Assembly (NCBI GenBank): GCA_030390025.1
Contig: CM059431.1
Location: 159,280,001-159,344,000, forward strand
Direction of reading: 5' to 3'
DNA: 64,000 bases
Origin: Squalus acanthias
Lineage: Eukaryota
Each line of letters begins with the position of its first letter. The first letter of the stretch is position 1. The notes beneath the pieces were generated by a model. It had not been told where the DNA came from. It was given only the letters and a program-made list of their open reading frames with translations, and did no database searches. A program made the translations under genes and the position numbers. Positions 58,956 to 64,000 of this stretch are shown in pieces.

Positions 58956-61038
58956 ACTCTACTGCACACCCACGGCACAGTGAGACAAATTACTTCACGG
59001 GGGTGGGGAGCACAGAAAAGTGTAGAAATGCAGTGGCATAGGTGATACGATGGTCATGCTGATAGACAGATGTTTCTGCAAACAGCGGCGTGAGTCTCGC
59101 ATGGTGTGTTGCCTCCCTGGTGCCATGGTAAATGCAATATTTGAACGGGTGTAGATCAGGTTGCGACGGGAAGGGGAACAGACAGCACTCGTGGTCCATG
59201 TTGTAACCAATAATGTAGGTAGATTGGGTTGTGAAGCTACAGACAGGTTTTGCAGGATCTCGGAACGATCTTAAAGAGCAGAACTTCAAAGTTAGTAAAC
59301 TCTTCATTCCGCCCATTGCCACCTACCAGCGAATAGAGGAGCAGTATAATGAAACAGGTTAACGCGTGGCTGGAGAAATGGTGCAAGAGGGAGAGCTTCA
59401 GTTTTCTGGTGAATTGGACCAGTTCTGGTGCATGATGCCCCTGTACAAGATGGACGGGTTGCACAGTAACAGGCAGGAACCAATATCCTCTCAGGAAGGT
59501 TAACTAGTGCTGTGGGTTATGGCATCAACTAATTTAGCAGATAGAGGGGGCAACAAAAGGAATGGCCAGTGAGGAGATACAAGGTTCACAGAGAACTGGG
59601 AGTGACAAACATTATCAGAATAAAGAATAGTTCAGAAAAATCATTGTATCAGTGGGAGAGCATATTGGTGGTAGTGATCATAATTCAGTTAGATTTAGGG
59701 TAGTTATGGAAAAGGACAAGGTTAGATCAGGAATAAAAGTTCTCAATTGGTGAAAAGCCAATTTTACTAAGCTGAAATGTGATTTAGCCAAAGTGGACTG
59801 GAGTTACAAACTTGAAGGTAAGTCAGTGTCAGAGCAGTGGGAAGCATTCAAGGAGGAGCTAGTGAGGGTTCAGAGCAAGTATGTTCCGTTAAAGAAAAAG
59901 TGTGGGCCTAACCGATTTAGAGCTCCCTGGATGTCAAGGTGCATACAGGGTAGTCTAAAGAAAAAAGGGAAGCTTATGACAGATAACGATGGCTCAACAC
60001 TGCAGAAACCTTAGAGGAGTAGAGAAAGTGCAGGGGTGAAATTAAAAAGGAAATCAGGAAAGCAAAGAGAGGGCATGAAAAAATATTGGCAAGTAAAATC
60101 AAGGGAATCCCTAAGATGTTTAAGGGCAAGAGGATAACTTAAGTAAGAGTAGGGCCTATTAGGGGCCATAAAGCTAACGTGTGTGTGGATGCGGAAGATA
60201 TGGGTATGGTTCCTAATGAATAATTTGCGTCTGATTTCACAAAAGAGAGGGATGGGGCAGACATTGCAATCAGGGAGGATGAGTGTGAAATATTAGATGA
60301 AATAAATATAGTGAAAGAGGAAGTATTAAGGGGTTTAGCATTTTTGAATGTGGATAAATCTGCAAGACCGGATGAAATGTTAAGAGAAGTAAGAGAGGAA
60401 ATAGCAGAGATTCTGACCATCATTTTCCAATCCTCTCTGGCTACAGGTTGTGATGCCGAAGGACTGGAGGACTGCTGAAGTGGTATTATGTTTAAAAAGG
60501 GAGAAAGGGTTAGACCAAGTAATTACAGGCCAGTCAGCCTAATCTCGGTGGTGAGAAAATTATTGGAAACAATTCTGAGAGACAGGGTAAATCCTCATTT
60601 CGAAAGACACGAATTAATCAGGGACAGTCAGCATGGATTTGTTAAGGGAAGATCGTGTCTTACTAACTTTATTGAATTTTTTGAGGGGGTAACAAGGAGG
60701 GTCGATGAGGGCAGTGCGTTTGATGCAATTTGGATTTTAGCAAGGCTTTTGATAAGGTCCCGCATGGCAGACTGGTCACGAAAATAAATGCCCATGGGAT
60801 CCAAGGCAAATTGACAAGTTGGATCCAAAATTGTGTCAGAGGCAGGAAACGAAGGAAAATCTTCGAAGGGTGTTTTTGTGACTGGAAGGTTGTTTCCAGT
60901 GGGGTTCGCAGAGCTCAGTATTGGGTCCTTTGCTTCTTGTTATATTTTTCAATGATTTGAACTTGAATGTAGGAAGTATGATTAAGAAGTTTGCAGATGA
61001 TACAAAAATTGGCCGTGTGGTTGATAATGAAGAAGAAA

Positions 61039-61244
61039 ATGAGAAGTCGCACAACACAAGGTTATAGTCCAACAGGTTTATTTGAAATCACAAGCTTTCG
61101 GAGCTATCGATCGACCCTTCATCAGGTGAAGGGGCGATCGATAGCTCCGAAAGCTTGTGATTTCAAATAAAACTGTTGGACTATAACCTGGTGTTGTGCG
61201 ACTTCTCATTTTTGTCCACTCCAGTCCAACACCGGCATCTCCGC
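61039..61244. mobile_element. Palindromic Penelope-type terminal fragment with hammerhead-like motif
   Basis: Near-perfect ~85 bp arms (61036-61121 / 61127-61212); 15-bp direct repeat ataatgaagaagaaa at 61024-61038 and 61245-61259; CTGATGA...GAAA on the minus strand. Confidence 0.8.
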
Positions 61245-61386
61245 ATAATGAAGAAGAAAGCTGTGCACTGCAGGAAGATATCAAAGGACAGGTCAGGTGG
61301 GCAGAACCGTGGCAAATTAAATTCAATCCGGAGAAGTGTGAAGTAATGCATTTGGAAAGGGCGAACAAGGCAAAGGAATACACATT

Positions 61387-62100
61387 GGGCCAGAAATTCG
61401 GGTCTCCAAGGGTGAGTAATCGATGGGTACTCACCCGTAGACCCAATGTAAGTGCAGTTTTAGGGCATGCACTGCGGATGCGCTGGAAACCGAAACTTCC
61501 GTTCCCTTGCAGGAAGGGCTTCGGAGGTCAAACGTGTGCACCGAAGAGGCAGCGCGCACGCAGCGAACTTCCGCTTTTTTTTACAGGTTTTGAAGTGAGG
61601 GTAAGTACGAAGAATCTGCACGGGAAAAAACCAGGTGCAAAGCCTGCTTTTAACAAAGTAAGTGCCGAATTCAGTGAAATTTCAACATTTTTTCTGCAGT
61701 TTTATCTTTTTTAAATACTTTAAAGAAAGGTCAGTTTATTTTTAGCTCCGTTAAAAACTGTAATTAATGTTTTCAAAAAAGTTAATTTTTGTTTACAATC
61801 GTTAATTAATGTAATTTATTGTTATTTAAAAAAATTAATTTTTTTTAAATGTATTTGTTGTTTTAGTTAGGTTTTGCGGGGAGATTCCCTGCTCCGATTG
61901 GCTCTCCATGGCCCACGTGATCCCAGGGGACGCTTCGAAATAACTGCGTCCCTGGGATACGCAAGCACTGCACGCCGGCAGCTGCAGGGGGCCCAGGACC
62001 GGAATCCCACTCGAGCCCACAGCACAACGGCAGGCGTGCTATGTTAGTGAAGGTCGGGGGCTTGCTCCCTCCGGAAGCCTCCGACCCGAATTTCTGGACC
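61387..62100. mobile_element. Non-autonomous DNA transposon (PIF/Harbinger-like MITE)
   Basis: 18-bp TIRs GGGCCAGAAATTCGGGTC / GACCCGAATTTCTGGACC (1 mismatch); 3-bp ATT/AAT flanks; the CR1 host rejoins across it. Confidence 0.85.
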
Positions 62101-63329
62101 AATAAATGGTAGGATACCGAGAAGTGTAGAGGAACAGAGGGACCTTGGAGTGCATGTCAACAGATCCCTGAAAGTAGCAGGGCAGGTAGATAAGGTGGTT
62201 AGGAAGGCATGCGGGACACTTGCCTTATTAGTCGAGGCATAGGATATAAGAGCAGGGATGATATGCTTGAACTGTATAAAACACTAGTTAGCCCACAGCT
62301 AGAATACTGCGTGTAGTTCTGGGTCACCACATTACAGGAAGAATGGGATTGCACTGGAGAGGGTGCAGAGGAGATTTACGAGGATGTTGCCTGGGCTGGG
62401 GAGTTTTAGCTATGAGGAAAGATTGGATAGACTGGGTTGTTTACTTTGGAACAGAGGAGGCCGTGGGGCGACTGAATTGAGGTGTATAAAATCATGAATA
62501 GCCTATATGAAGTGGATAGGAAGGACTTATTTCCCTTAGCAGAAGGTTCAATAACCAGGGGGCATAGATTTAAAGTAATTGGTAGGCTGTTTAGTGACGA
62601 TTTGAGGAGAACTGATTTCAACCAGAGGGTGGTGGGTGTCTGGAACTCACTGCCTGAAAGGGTGGTAGACGCAGAAACCCTCATCACATTTATAAAGTAA
62701 TTGGATATGCACTTGAAGTGCCGTAACCTAGAAAGCTATGGACCAAGAGAGAATTAAAGGATTCGAACAGGGATTCTAGGGAGAGAGGCACAAGAGCTTA
62801 TTTAATAACACTTTTGAGGGCGTTAGATCACTTACACCAATATTAAATAGTGTTCATAACGCCGGAGATCCAATCCTCCTGGATCCTATGTGATAGAATA
62901 GTGAATGCTGTGGAGAGGTGAGAGACGGCAAGGGTACAGCACCATGGACACAGTGACGGAGGATGTTATTCCCGACTCTGATCTGGGCAACTTGAAATAC
63001 ATTGGATCTACAGCACTGAAACTGGCCATTCGGTCCAAGTGGTATATGTTCGTATTTTTACTCCACTCGAGACTCCTCTCAATCTAATTACCTAATTCCA
63101 CTCTGCCCCGCACCCCTCCATTCCTTTCTTCCTCATAGATGCATCAAGCCTCTCTATAAATTTGACAAAGGTGAGTGCTTTCATCAGGGTCGAAGAGAGA
63201 ATTCGCTATTCTATCACATAGAATCCTGTTCCATTACCAGGCCTCCAATTTCCACTCCCATAATGCTGCTCATCCTGTGGTGTCTGTCCTCCCTACTCGA
63301 ACGCAGATCGAAGATTTATTTCAATGGAT

Positions 63330-63960
63330 GAACTTTCTACCTTCTCTGACTCTGCTCCTTATCCTTTCTCATTCCTCCTCATCACCATGATGCTGCACCT
63401 CAGAAAACTCATCTGCAGGCAAAAATTAATGTTTTATATGTGTGCCGGTGCCCCACAAGCTCAGTCTCTCCAACAGTTATTCAACGCATTCATTGCAGTG
63501 AATCAACTTGTCTAACCTTACGTTGTACAAGAGGTACAGTTTCCACTTGGGCTGGTTCAAGGCCACATGGGCCAATATTGAACCAACCAGAGCTGCTTCT
63601 TCTGCAGGCAAACCGAGTACTGTTGCATCAGCAGCAGATCTGAGAGGTCCAATGTCCACTTTTACAAATTTGCAGTGTCTCAAACCTCCAGTGTTGTGCT
63701 GCGATCGCCACCTCATGCACCTACTGTGACTATGCGAGGCTGCATCGCTTAAAGTGAAAGACAATTCTTGCAATATTTCCTGATTGCCTCAAAAATACAG
63801 ATGTCATTGAGGTAGTTGGCTGTTGAAGGCAGACAAACCCTGAAAGCAGGTTGAGCATTTTGAAATTCTCTCACTTTTTCCAAGCTTTTTGTACCAGTAG
63901 AATTAAACTCTGACATCTTTCTGGGGACCAAAACATACTGTTGCTTAGAAAAAGATGTGG
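63330..63960 (-). mobile_element. Possible hAT transposase C-terminal relic
   Basis: VLGLPAEEAA...NVRLDKLIH loosely resembles the hAT dimerisation-domain pattern (L.lPaSSAa.ER...rL...r..KLv); weak resemblance only. Confidence 0.25.
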
Positions 63961-64000
63961 GGCCCGAATGCGTCATGAATCCGAATGATGGCTCAATAAA

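Larger units (their letters stand above)
59000..62750 (+). mobile_element. Old CR1 (ORF1 remnant ~59000-59520; ORF2 59640-62750) with two small insertions
   Basis: SRMVCCLPGA, NYRPVSLISVV, DSQHGFVKGRSCLTN, WQIKFNPEKCEVMH, QRVVGVWNSLP. Confidence 0.85.

Noticed and set aside
6900..60828. Recurrent antisense ORFs (FVSSANL…, ITSHF…) across many CR1 copies
   Set aside because: Expected shadow frames of conserved RT codons; no independent evidence of coding function.
61196..61714. 172-aa ORF
   Set aside because: Chimeric read-through across a Penelope palindrome, a CR1 fragment and a MITE.

Overview
Repeat-dense vertebrate DNA, most likely from a shark or other elasmobranch (HE1-type V-SINE, many CR1 LINEs with esterase ORF1, Penelope remnants). 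Most of the window is nested, decayed retroelements. The centrepiece is a complete but inactivated endogenous retrovirus-like provirus (32444-49320, + strand). It has ~1.5 kb LTRs, a tRNA-Arg-like PBS, a coiled-coil + CCHC gag, an in-frame UGA gag/pol junction, and PR-RT-tether RNase H-second RNase H-integrase. Its spliced env resembles a class I, F-protein-like fusion glycoprotein (lokiretrovirus-like architecture). This env appears to carry an N-terminal immunoglobulin-like domain and a Pro/Thr-rich stalk ahead of the fusion module. In the scarce unique DNA there are candidate minus-strand exons of a small Cys-rich single-pass membrane protein, and two paralogous HNF1/HNF4-type promoter + non-coding first-exon units about 31 kb apart. 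Other elements: a tRNA-Glu pseudogene, a CR1 with an 8 x 69 bp TATA/splice-donor monomer array, a hammerhead-like Penelope palindrome, a Harbinger-like MITE and a fold-back inverted duplication. All calls are by eye; no database searches were run, and boundaries of old repeats are approximate.
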